From Octopus bimaculoides (taxonomy: Eukaryota), in assembly GCF_001194135.2 (NCBI RefSeq), contig NC_068983.1, forward strand, positions 11,058,011 through 11,122,010: a DNA stretch of 64,000 bases, in the 5' to 3' direction. A program made the translations under genes and the position numbers. Positions 1-11,567 of this stretch are shown here, piece by piece. The notes beneath the pieces are model-generated. The model was not told the origin of the DNA. It did not search any database and was given only the letters and a program-made list of their open reading frames with translations. Position 1 is the stretch's first letter, and every line of letters begins with the position of its first letter.

Positions 1-123
1 TTATAATATACCAATGTTTTCAGAATAACTGTTGTTATATAGTCATTCTTATATTTATATACATGTAAAACCACCTCTCTCTTATTTCTTCCTGTTTTGC
101 TCTCTTCCTTCTTTCCATCCTTA

Positions 124-165
<42 letters not shown>

Positions 166-684
166 TCCCTCTCTCTCTAGAACGTTTTACTGATATGAAA
201 AATAAATAACTTATTATCAATGGTCTGCTGGTGTGGTCCAGTTATTCAAACAGGAGATCTGTTCCTAAAACGTGCACTAAGCATTCACTAGTGGTTCATC
301 TTCTATTCTAGTTATTGCTGTTTCATGTTGTCCTTTCTTGTCTCTTCTTCTTTTCCTCTCACAAACTATTAGCAAATTATCCAAGCACCACTAACTGCAC
401 TAATCTTACATCTTTTAAAACTTTTCAAATCCGTAAGAATGACCTTTGCGGGAGCCATACCAGTACATGTCATTCTGGGACAGTAGTTTTGTTATACTCA
501 GAAAATTTACACATGCACACTCACACACAAATGCACCCTCACACTCAAACGCACCCTCATGTGTGAATGCATATTCTTGAGGTTCTAATTTGTTTTTATT
601 GAAATTCTAGTTGTTGTAGGGTTAAACTTAAGAGAATCCTTGTTTCTCATAATTTATATAAAATAATGTGTATCTGGCTTGCAT

Positions 685-810
685 GTCTGCATCATTTGCA
701 TCACAGAATTGCAAGAACCTTGATCATTCTTCATCCCTTGTATCATATCCATAGCCTCTATGTACACAGGAGAAGCCACCTTGGTGTTATCCATTATACC
801 CATGATAACA
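685..810 (-). mobile_element. Decayed RTE-type LINE endonuclease fragment
   Basis: Minus-strand translation HGYNG*HQGGFSCVHRGYGYDTRDEE*SRFLQFCDAND resembles the RTE APE-domain motif GFGxRNxEGxRLLEFC; in-frame stops. Confidence 0.6.
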
Positions 811-2277
811 AGGCAGCGTTTCCTTTGTTGTTGAGATGGTCTACTACAAGGCCTTATTGAAACGGTACTGTTGCTCGTTTATCAGCCCTGATAGTGGTGC
901 ATAAACTAAGATAACTGTTCCCATCATGTTGGCTATGACTAATCTCAGCTTAATTATTCTGTCTCTCCGTTATGTTATATAAACATAACATTTCAAGTCA
1001 TTTGAAAAAAGGATGTATATATTCTGGTTTCCTCAATAAGTATGTATATTTGTGTGTGTGTTTGTATATGTCTCTTTCTTTCAACAATAATAATGGTATG
1101 ACACTGGGGCAAGGATGGAAGTATTTGCTGCAATAGAAAAAGAAACTAAAAAGAATTCCAACTGCAATATTTCACCATTTGTTTTTCGCATTTAATTTAA
1201 TCAGCTAAATTATACTTCCAACACAAAGTAAGGCCTAACTTGAAACATATGTTCTTGTAAACCTGTTTCTTTATTGAGGGTACATCTCATTATTTTATTA
1301 TGACCCTTTCATAGCCATATTTCTAATGAAATACACTGCTTATGTTTCCAGTAATAGAGAATGAATTTGAAGAGATAAAATAATGGTGTTTGAAGTATAA
1401 GCTGTTCTTGTTGAGCTCCTTCCCTCCCCTCTTCTTGGTCACCCAGATTGAACAGGCATTTAATGAACATTTTCTTCATGACTATCTCATTCTCTTACAC
1501 ATGCCAAGGTCTACATTATATGTGTCCCTCCCTTTTCAAGAAAGTAGAGTAATATTAGTTTCAGATTTTGACACAAGGCCTGCAATTTAAATGGCAAGTC
1601 AATTACATCGACTCCACAGTGCTCAGTCGGTACTTATTTTATCAATCCTGAAGAGATGAAAGGCAAAGTCAACCTTGGCAGAGTTTGAACTCGGAACATA
1701 AAGACACTCAAATTCCACTAAGCATTTTTCCCAATGCATTAACAATTTAGCCAGTTCTTCACCTCAAGATGGAAGAGTAATATTGGTTTCAAATTTTGGT
1801 ACAATGCTAGTAGGTTTGAGGGAAGGGGCTATGTTGATTACATCGACCCCAGTGTTCAATTGGTACTTATTTTATCAACCCCAAAAGGATGAAAGCCAAA
1901 GTCAACCGCTATAGATTTTGAACTCAAAATGTCACTAAGCATTTTGCCCGGTGTACTAACAATTTTGCCAGCTTGCTACCTTAAGATGGTAGAGTAATAT
2001 TCTTTTCTGCTATAGGCACAACGCCTGAAATTTGGGGTAGGGGGATTGTCAATTACAAAGACAAAGTCGACCTTGGTGGAATATGAACTTAGAATGTGAA
2101 GATGGACGAAATACTGCCAAGCGTTTTTAAATTGTTACCACACCAAGTGAAACGCCTGGCAGTATTTTGTCCGGTAACAATTCTTATTTCTTTATTGCCC
2201 ACAAGGGCTAAACATAGAGGGGATAGACAAAGGGATTAAGTCGATTACATCAACCCCAGTGTGTAACTGGTACTTAT

Positions 2278-2666
2278 AATATAGCCTGAACAGGATAAAC
2301 TATCCCTATTTTTGCAGAGAAAAGTGTAGGTGGCCAGCTGTGGACTCGAACATATGAGAGCATCTCATAAAGCGAGATTTATATATCTTAATTTGCAGAG
2401 GAATTTGTGGTGGTGAGTTTAGCTTAATCGGCAAAAGCATCGTCACATGTAATGACGGGGATGTGAGTTCGAGTCCACAGCTGGCCACCTACACTTTTCT
2501 CTGCAAAAATAGGGATAGTTTATCCTGTTCAGGCTATATTATTAGCATTATTCTGTGATTGAGAATTTAAACATCACTTCTTTAACTTTCTATAAAAAAG
2601 ACATCTCAACGCTTCTAAAAGCAAGCTTCGCTTGTTTGTTTACGTTTGTCGTAATTTGAATTTAAC
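2278..2666 (+). mobile_element. tRNA-Thr-derived element with a 74-bp inverted duplicated arm, inserted into another SINE with a 10-13 bp TSD
   Basis: 2278-2351 is an exact reverse complement of 2467-2540; anticodon arm cgtca-CATGTAA-tgacg at 2441-2457 (TGT=Thr); (aac)tggtacttat duplicated at 2265-2277 and 2664-2676. Confidence 0.8.
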
Positions 2667-3100
2667 TGGTACTTATTTAATCAACCCCGAAAGGATGAAA
2701 AGCAAAGTCGATCTCAGCGGAATTTGAACTCAGAACGTAGCAGCAGACAAAATACTGCTAAGCATTTCGCCCGGCATGCTAACATTTCTGCCAGCTCGCC
2801 ACCTAACAATTCTGCCAACTCACTGCATTATGGTAGAGTAATATTAACAATAAGTTGGTATCTGGAACATAACAAACTATTCTTACATTATTATGGAAGA
2901 TTTTAATTTAAATATTAACATTTTGAAATAAGCAGTTTCAAAGCAAAGAACCAAAGGTAGTCTTAGACGAATTGATTTAATTAATTTATTTAAAATTTTT
3001 TTTTAATGCATTATTAATTGAGTTTCATTAAATATGAAACTTGGTAACTATTAATCTTTTCATAATAGAATTCGTGCATGTATGTAGGGGTGCAGGCATG

Positions 3101-3753
3101 ACGGCACTGTCGTGGTATTAGCTGTCAGAATTGAAAGTAGAACTGACAAGGAACGTTACTGCTGGTTTGAGTTGATTCTTTGGCTACTGACTAGCTGGAG
3201 CTATCTATCTGTCTGTCTGTCTGTCTGTCTATCTCACTATCTCTCTCTCTATATCTATCTATCTATCTATCTATTTATCACTCGTTCACCTCTGTTTGTG
3301 TCCGTAGAATTTATCAAATTAGAAAACGCAAATTTAATATAAAAATATATTTTCTGAAATTGCAAATTATTTAAAATATAAAAATATGATTTTCAACAGA
3401 GAGCATTTATCAAAATAGAAAACAAATGAAGTTTGAAGTTTAAAAATAATAGGATTGACCACTCACGACTAGCTAGCGCGGACGCGCAACTGCACGTTCG
3501 GGACCACTCTGCTTTAGTAGTACCCTTATACTCTGTGTTTTCAAACGCATGGATATAGGTGTCAAATTTGTTCCAATAACTTTCGAGTGATAGATAGATA
3601 GATAGATAGAGACAGACAGACAGACAGATAGCTCGCTCCGGCCAGTCATGGTATTAGCTGTCAGTAGCCAAAGAATCAACTCAAACCAGCAGTAATGTTC
3701 CTTGTCAGATTTTTCTACTTTCACTTCTGACAGCTAATACCATGACAGTGCCG
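3101..3753. mobile_element. Foldback/MITE-like insertion with ~140-bp microsatellite-containing terminal inverted repeats
   Basis: cggcactgtc(g/a)tggtattagctgtcagaa...tggctactgac plus (CTGT)/(CTAT)n mirrored at both ends; gcatg duplicated at 3096-3100 and 3754-3758; interrupts a SINE head. Confidence 0.7.
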
Positions 3754-5081
3754 GCATGGCTTTGTGGTTGAGAAATTTGCTTCCCAACCATGTGGTCTCA
3801 TGTTCAGTCCCATTGTGGTGCAATTTGTGTAAGTATCTTGCACCATAATCTGGGTCAACCAAAAGCTTTGTGAATGGATTTGGTCAACAGGAGCTGAAAG
3901 AAGTCTGTCTGTGTGTAGTTTTGTACATTTTGTGAGCATTGTCATCATACAAGTGAGGTTGTTCATTTCTAGTCTTCAGTGAAAAACATATCTAGCTATG
4001 GGGAAATATTACCTTGCTTGGAAGCATGTAAGGGCTGGCAATAGGAAGGGCATCTGGCTGTAGAAAATCTGCATGTGATGCATATGAAGCCATGTACTAA
4101 TACAGTCTTCTCTCTTACACACTATACCTGACTCCTTTTATATCAAGTTTTTCCTTTAGTTTATTTTACATTACACATTTATTGGAGCATACTATCTTCA
4201 TGTCTTTCTAATCTTAGCTAGTCTCCCACATTTGATGCCCATGTCTCACTATCATGGAACTATCTATATATGTATGTAGATGTGTGTGTGTGAAGATAGA
4301 GAGATAGATATGTTTTTCAGCAATAAGGCGGTGAGCTGGCAGAAATGTTAGCATTCCGGGCGAAATGCTTAGCTGTATTTCATCTGTCTTTATGTTCTGA
4401 GTTCAAATTCCGCCAAGGTTGACTTTGCCTTTCATCCTTTCGGGGTCGATTAAATAAGTACCAGTTACACACTGGTGTCGATATAATCGACTTAATCTGT
4501 TTGTCTGTCCTTGTTTGTCCCCTCTATGTTTAGCCCCTTGTGAGCAATAAAGAAATAAGATAGATAGATATGTTTTTGTTTTTGTGCTAGATCAGCTCTG
4601 GTTCAAAACTAATGCAACCATGATCATCTGTTTTCAGGCAAAATATTCCTTGGAATACATTCTCCAATGTATCCTCTCTTTTAAGATGGTAGGGTATGAT
4701 TTGAGAGAATTTATGATAGTGGCTGTGTAGAGACCTTCTACTTGATTCTTAATGAGCGTGAGCAAGTGTGTGTGTGTGTGTGTTTGTAAATTAGTTTCAG
4801 TGGTTTAATTTCTTTTTGTTTCAGCAATAGTTCATGGAACTGTGTTTTGTTCTCATGGGAATTGGTGAAACAGTGTTCAGCCAAGAGGGCTCAGAATGAA
4901 AATGGGTGTTAACCTGTTATTGGACTCGGGTCATTAACTAATTAAAATTCTCAGTATAATTATTGTGATTTAAGTAAGTTTTAGTTGACACTGCATTGTG
5001 GTAGTGTTAATGGCAGCAGTGGATAATTGAGAAAATGATTATGATGATGATGAAAGTTTATAAGGTTATGTGAGTGGTGGT

Positions 5082-5132
<51 letters not shown>

Positions 5133-5449
5133 TTTTAGTAGAAATAGAATTATAATTGTAGCTGTATTAATGGGGTGGTTGTGTTCATGGGGTTAGGTGC
5201 TGTGATAGCTAGGGTGTGGCAGTAGGAAGCTGGGGTAGTTGTTTTGTGGTGCTTGTGTTAGTGGTGGAGACAATTGTGGTTGTATGTACGGTGTGTGGGA
5301 GAAGAGTTTAATTAGCAGTGGTAGAATGTGAAAGCTTAGTGAGCTGGCAGAATCATTAGCATCTTGGACAAAATGCTTAGTAGCATTTTTTTTTCCATCC
5401 TTTTACAGTTTGAGTTCAAATCCCACTGAGATCAACTTAGGGAAATAGT

Positions 5450-5638
5450 TGTGGTTGCATGCATGGTGTGTGGGAGAAGAGTTAAGTAGTAGTAGTAGTA
5501 GTAGTAGTAGAAGCAGCAGTAGTAGTAGTAGTTAGTAGTAATGGTGGTGGTGGTGGTGGTAGTAGTAGCAGCAGCAGCAGCAGTAGTAGTAGTAGAAGTA
5601 GCAGCAGCAGCAGTAGTAGTAGTAGTAGTAGCAGCAGC

Positions 5639-5690
<52 letters not shown>
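5450..5690. repeat. (TAG/CAG/TGG)n compound trinucleotide microsatellite; similar tracts at 5080-5130 and 37610-37935
   Basis: Direct inspection; explains the poly-T/S/L ORFs in the track. Confidence 0.95.
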
Positions 5691-6767
5691 AACTGTAAAA
5701 GGCAGTGAGTTGGTAGATTCATTAGTACATCAAACAAAATGCTTGGCAGCATTTCTTCTAAATCTTTACATTCTGAGTTCAAATATCCCTGGAGTCAACA
5801 TTTGCTTTTCATCCCTTCAGGGGTTGATAAGATAGAGTACAAGTCAAGTGTTGGGATCAATGTAATCGATTTTCTCCCCATCCCCTCAAAATTACTGGCC
5901 TCGAACCCTGTCACAGGTCAGTATCTTATTCAGGAAGAATTTTGTGATCTCAGTTACTTACACACTGTAATAAACCAGGGAACCAGCCTTATGACCAACT
6001 AGGACTCAACAATTAGGGTTCAGCAAAGAACAATATGAATTTAATTAAGGGGGTCAATTGAAAGGATAGATGATAATGATGGCTGTGGATATAATTCAAA
6101 GGGCCGGCCTTGTCACATCTTGTATCATGCTGATCCCCCTGAGAACTATACTAAGGGTAGGCATTGTCTGTGGAGTTACTCAGCCACTTGCACATTAATT
6201 TCATGAGCAGGCTATTCCACCGATTGGATCAACTGGAACCCTTGCCATCATAACCAATGGAGTGCCAATAATAAAGTACCATACAAGATATTGAGCTGCT
6301 TATAGTTAACTAAAACTATGTCCCTGCTTGAGCAAAGTTTAATTATAGAAATGCATTTTTAAAAGAAAATTGCTGTTATTTTGATTGGATGAAGATTTAC
6401 ATCAAGTTACGAATTGAAACAACAATTTCAAACCACGTTGTTTATTGCAGTAATGCTGTTGACAATTTACAAGAACATCATAAAATCTTACATAACGCTG
6501 TCATTATTAGTGTATATATGAACCATAAAACTTTATACCTATGTATTTAAGAAAAACTGTCATTATTACTACCCTGTTAATATGTGTGCTTCTCAGTTTT
6601 TGCTTTAACTGTTACTCTGAATTACCAACTTCAAATTTTTATATCTGTTTTGTTGGGGCTCAGTATTTACATATGTTGATGTTCTCAGATTCGGTTTGGA
6701 CATAGAATTTTTATAGTTTCATTTCCATTTGCAGTGTTTTAAAGTTATAAACATGCCAGTATATGTA

Positions 6768-6835
<68 letters not shown>

Positions 6836-6991
6836 ATTTTGTGTATTTCTTCTATCTTAATGAATAAAAATTCTTCGGATAGAATAAATGGGTTAATAGA
6901 AACCAATGTAGCAAAGAACACAAAATAACTGTGGTTTAGTTCCTGTTTTTAAGGCAGGAACTCCTTGAAATTTTGGGTATTTGAGTATATT

Positions 6992-7322
6992 TAAAAATTT
7001 AAGGAATGGAGAAAACGCATGTTATAATTGCATACTTTATTCCTACATATGTTTCAAATGATTACAACCTGTGTGATCCATNNNNNNNNNNNNNNNNNNN
7101 NNNNNNNNNNNNNNNNNNNNNNNNNNNNNNNNNNNNNNNATGGGAATCATCTTAAACGTAAGACATAATGTCTTGCGTTTAAGATGATTCCCATGCATTC
7201 CCTGAAGAGAAGGTTACAATTTTAATATCAAAGATCCCTATGGATCACACAGGTTGTAATCATTTGAAACATATGTAGGAATAAAGTATGCAATTATAAC
7301 ATGCGTTTTCTCCATTCCTTAA

Positions 7323-7329
<7 letters not shown>
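6992..7329. repeat. Long palindromic element with a hammerhead in each arm (left arm interrupted by a 58-N gap)
   Basis: 6992-7081 is the reverse complement of 7240-7329; 7140-7166 mirrors 7168-7194 (one mismatch) around a 1-nt centre. Confidence 0.9.
7197..7282 (+). ncRNA. Type I hammerhead ribozyme fold (putative), complete core
   Basis: Stem I AUUCC(7197-7201)/GGAAU(7278-7282); CUGAAGA 7202-7208; stem II 7209-7222 with 7251-7265 (14 bp including G.U pairs, one bulge) capped by a GAUCC/GGAUC hairpin; GAAA 7266-7269; palindromic stem III ACAUAUGU; GUA cleavage triplet ending 7277. Confidence 0.72.
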
Positions 7330-7360
<31 letters not shown>

Positions 7361-8803
7361 GTGTGTGTGTGTGTTGCCAATTATTCAAACAAACATTTAA
7401 ATAATTGGTAACCTGAAACTTCAACTGCTAAAAGAAATTTACAAACTTTATGTATTGAGTACAGCTTCTTGATTTGCAAATGCAAATGTTTACCATTCTA
7501 CATACATACTCACTCTCAAACACACACACATAAATTTACATACATAAATCCCAGTATGCATGTATATATATATGTAATGTAATATTTATATTTACATACA
7601 GATGCTTACACAGTATCTATGGGTATATAAAATGTGTGTATATTCATGTGTAGGTGTTGATGTAGTGGTTATGATTTTGGGCTCACAATCATAAAATCCA
7701 AGTTGTTGGTTCAGTTCCTGAGCTGGGTGACATTTTATATTAAAGTGTTCTAGTGTACTCAGCTGAAACTGAGTACCAGACTAATACCCCTAAAGCCTTT
7801 TCTCTCTTCAGCTGTGACATCCTCCTGGTTCTGCTGGGTCACAGGACAGAAAGGTGGGGAAAGATGTCTGTCTTCTTGAAACTACATAAGCATCTAAATT
7901 AATGAAAAGCATGGTACATGCCGCCAGTGTATACTCACTTGCAAGTGGCAGTTGGCACCCAAGATAATTTCCGATCAAACTGATTGGAACCTAGTAAAGC
8001 AGTCGATTTCACAAGTTGATGATCAGAATTTAAAGCAAAAATTGCTTCTATGTAGTCTTGTTGTGCTTTGGGGGTCAGTTCCACTGCACAGTACATTGGA
8101 TAAGTCTCTTCTGCTCTTGCTCCCAATGCACCAATGCCTTGTAAGTGAATTTGGTCTTGAGAAACTGTGTGAAAGCCCATCAAGTATACATATATACAGT
8201 GAGGGTGCATGGCCTAGTTAGTAGGGTGTTGCACTCATGATTGTGACATCATGGTTTCAGTTCCCTGGAAATTGGTGGCGCAGTGTGTTCTTGAACAAAA
8301 CACTTCTTCTCACATTGATTTGCAGTCACTTTGACTCCTCCTGATGCATGTGTTTTGGGCAATGTTGATTTAATGGAAGGTGTGGGCTAATGTATGGCAC
8401 ATACATTTGATCACTATAAACAAATCAATAGTGCAGGTCATTCAGCAAAAGCTGAATGCTCATACATCACATTCAGTGGGAGAGGCCATCATATATATAT
8501 ATATATATACATACCGGAGTAAGCACATGAAATGTGCAACNNNNNNNNNNNNNNNNNNNNNNNNNNNNNNNNNNNNNNNNNNNNNNNNNNNNNNNNNNNN
8601 NNNNNNNNNNNNNNNNNNNNNNNNNNNNNNNNNNNNNNNNACGTTGGACCCCTTATTTGCATAATCTCCGAACCTGGAGCTTAACTATGGGCTATCCATA
8701 GCACATACTCAGCATTACCTGACACCTCTGAGTCTCATTGACACCACTACCACTCATAACCTCAAATTCTCGAGAGAGAGAGAGAGAGAGAGAGAGATAT
8801 GGA

Positions 8804-8835
<32 letters not shown>

Positions 8836-10258
8836 CATACATGTGTATGTGTGTGTGTATATATATGTAGGTATATATAATGTGTGTTTGTATATGTGTG
8901 TGTGTGTGAATGTGTATAGATATATATATATTATATGTGCATATATATGTATATGTTTGTGTATATATGTGTATATATATATATGTGTGTGTGTGTTTGT
9001 GTTTATCCCACCACCACTTGGCAACCAGCGTTGGTTTGCTAACCTCACCGTAACTTAACAGTTCATCAAAAGAGACTGACAGAATAAGTACAAAACTGCA
9101 AAATATGAACTCCGATTGACTTGTATGACTGAACCATTGAAGGCGATGCCCCAGCATGGCCGCGGTCCTAAGGCTGAAACAAGTTAAAAGATAAATGAAT
9201 AAATAGCATATAAATATTTGTAATATAAGAGACCCACATCAGTCAGACCATACCAGGTGGGAGTTTTAGTAGAACAGCAAATGATGAATATGATGACGAT
9301 CGAAGGAGACTGTGTGTGTGATGCAGCTTATCATTATTATGTTAGGGTGGAGTTTCATGACACTGCAAGATACACCGCAGCTCTTGAGCATGAATTTGGT
9401 GTGTGCATGTGTGTGAGTGTGTATCTGTATGTTTCTCTCTCTCTCTCCCTCTCTTCCCGGTCATGCATGGGGAGAGGGGCATCTGTTTTCTTCCTCCTTT
9501 TGCAATGTATCTGCATATGTATTTATTCAAAAAAGATACTTGCAAGTACACACCCCGCCACCGCGCCGCCGCCATCACCACCACCAATAACAACTACAAC
9601 ACCATCATGCAGGCAGTAAACAGAACCCAGAACACAACTTGTGGGTGTTGCCAGTCAGAGGGTAGCTTAGTTAGTGAATGAGAAGCTATATATATATATC
9701 TATAGTAATATGTATGTGTGTGTATGTATATATATATATATGTGTGTGTATAGTGGTACCAAGGTGGGAGTTAACTTTTGGGTGATAGATGCAGTAAGGN
9801 NNNNNNNNNNNNNNNNNNNNNNNNNNNNNNNNNNNNNNNNNNNNNNNNNNNNNNNNNNNNNNNNNNNNNNNNNNNNNNNNNNNNNNNNNNNNNNNNNNNN
9901 NNNNNNNNNNNNNNNNNNNNNNNNNNNNNNNNNNNNNNNNNNNNNNNNNNNNNNNNNNNNNNNNNNNNNNNNNNNNNNNNNNNNNNNNNNNNNNNNNNNN
10001 NNNNNNNNNNNNNNNNNNNNNNNNNNNNNNNNNNNNNNNNNNNNNNNNNNNNNNNNNNNNNNNNNNNNNNNNNNNNNNNNNNNNNNNNNNNNNNNNNNNN
10101 NNNNNNNNNNNNNNNNNNNNNNNNNNNNNNNNNNNNNNNNNNNNNNNNNNNNNNNNNNNNNNNNNNNNNNNNNNNNNNNNNNNNNNNNNNNNNNNNNNNN
10201 NNNNNNNNNNNNNNNNNNNNNNNNNNNNNNNNNNNNNNNNNNNNNNNNNNNNNNNNNN

Positions 10259-10322
<64 letters not shown>

Positions 10323-10743
10323 TTCACTATATATATATAACATATTTGAGTGTGTGTGTCTGTGTGTAAATAATAGATAGAGCAAATGAATGTGATGGAG
10401 AATATTCAAAATAAAGTACTCATTACATCTTAAATGAGTGCCTGTGTGTGTTTTTTTTGTTGTTGATGTTGATAAAATTCATAGAAAGGAAATCATAGAA
10501 GTACTCAATACAACCTTGTTTAGATGTGTGTATTGTCATATGATGTATTGTCATTAGATGTGTGTATTGTCAGGTGCAGGAGTGGCTGAGTGGTAAGTAG
10601 CTTGTTTACCAACCACATGGGTTTGGGTTCATTCCCACTGTGTGGCACCTTGGGCAAGTGTCTTCTACTATAGCCTCGGGCCGACCAAAGCCTTATGAGT
10701 GGATTTGGTAGACGGAAACTGAAAGAACCCCGTCGTATATATG

Positions 10744-10776
<33 letters not shown>

Positions 10777-11521
10777 ATGCTTGTGTGTCTGTGTTTACGT
10801 CCTCGTAACTTGGTGGTTCAGCAAAGGAGACTGATAGAATAAGTACTACAAAGAATAAGTGTTGGGGTCGATTTTCTCGACTAAAAGCGGTGCTCCAGCA
10901 TGGCCGCAGTCAAATGACTGAAACAAGTAAAGAATTATATAACGTAAATAAGATGACAAATCCGAACCAAGTGGACAAATCAGTAAAGTGAGGAATGTGT
11001 CATCATCATCGTTACCATTATTTCATATCTGATTAAGGTGGCACGTTGGCAGAATTGGGCAAAATGCTTAGTAGCATTTCGTCGATATTTATGTTCTGAG
11101 TTCAAATTTCCCCAAGGTCGACTTTGCCTTTCATCCTTTCAGCATCAATAAAATGAGTACCAGTTGAGCAGGGGTGGGGGTGCGATGTAATCAACTTAGC
11201 ACCTCCCCTGAAATTGCTGACATCGTGCTAAAATTTGAAACCAATATTTGATATCTGGTTGGATGGTTCTACAGGGTCCATGTGGTAAGAGGACCATGTC
11301 TTGTTTGAATGTCTGTTTTAGCATGGTTTCTTTGGCTGAATTTGACTGCGACCATGCTGGAGCACGGCCTTTGGTCGAACAAATTGACCCCAGAATTTAT
11401 TCTTTGTAAGCTTAGTACTTATTCTGTCGGTCTGTTTTGCCGAACTACTAAGTTACGGGAGCGTAAGCACACCAACATCGGTTGTCAAGCAATGGTGGGG
11501 GGGACAAACACAGACACACAA

Positions 11522-11567
<46 letters not shown>

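Noticed and set aside
2408-2490. Functional tRNA-Thr gene
   Set aside because: Anticodon arm is intact but the acceptor and T stems pair poorly, and it lies inside a repeated mobile unit; the same applies to the other SINE heads.
7935-8221. Overlapping ~90-aa ORFs on both strands
   Set aside because: The 3' half is a diverged SINE A body; no domain similarity or splice support.
9540-9681. GC-rich patch translating as HPATAPPPSPPP or AAAITTTNNN
   Set aside because: Trinucleotide low-complexity sequence with early stops and no matching splice pair.
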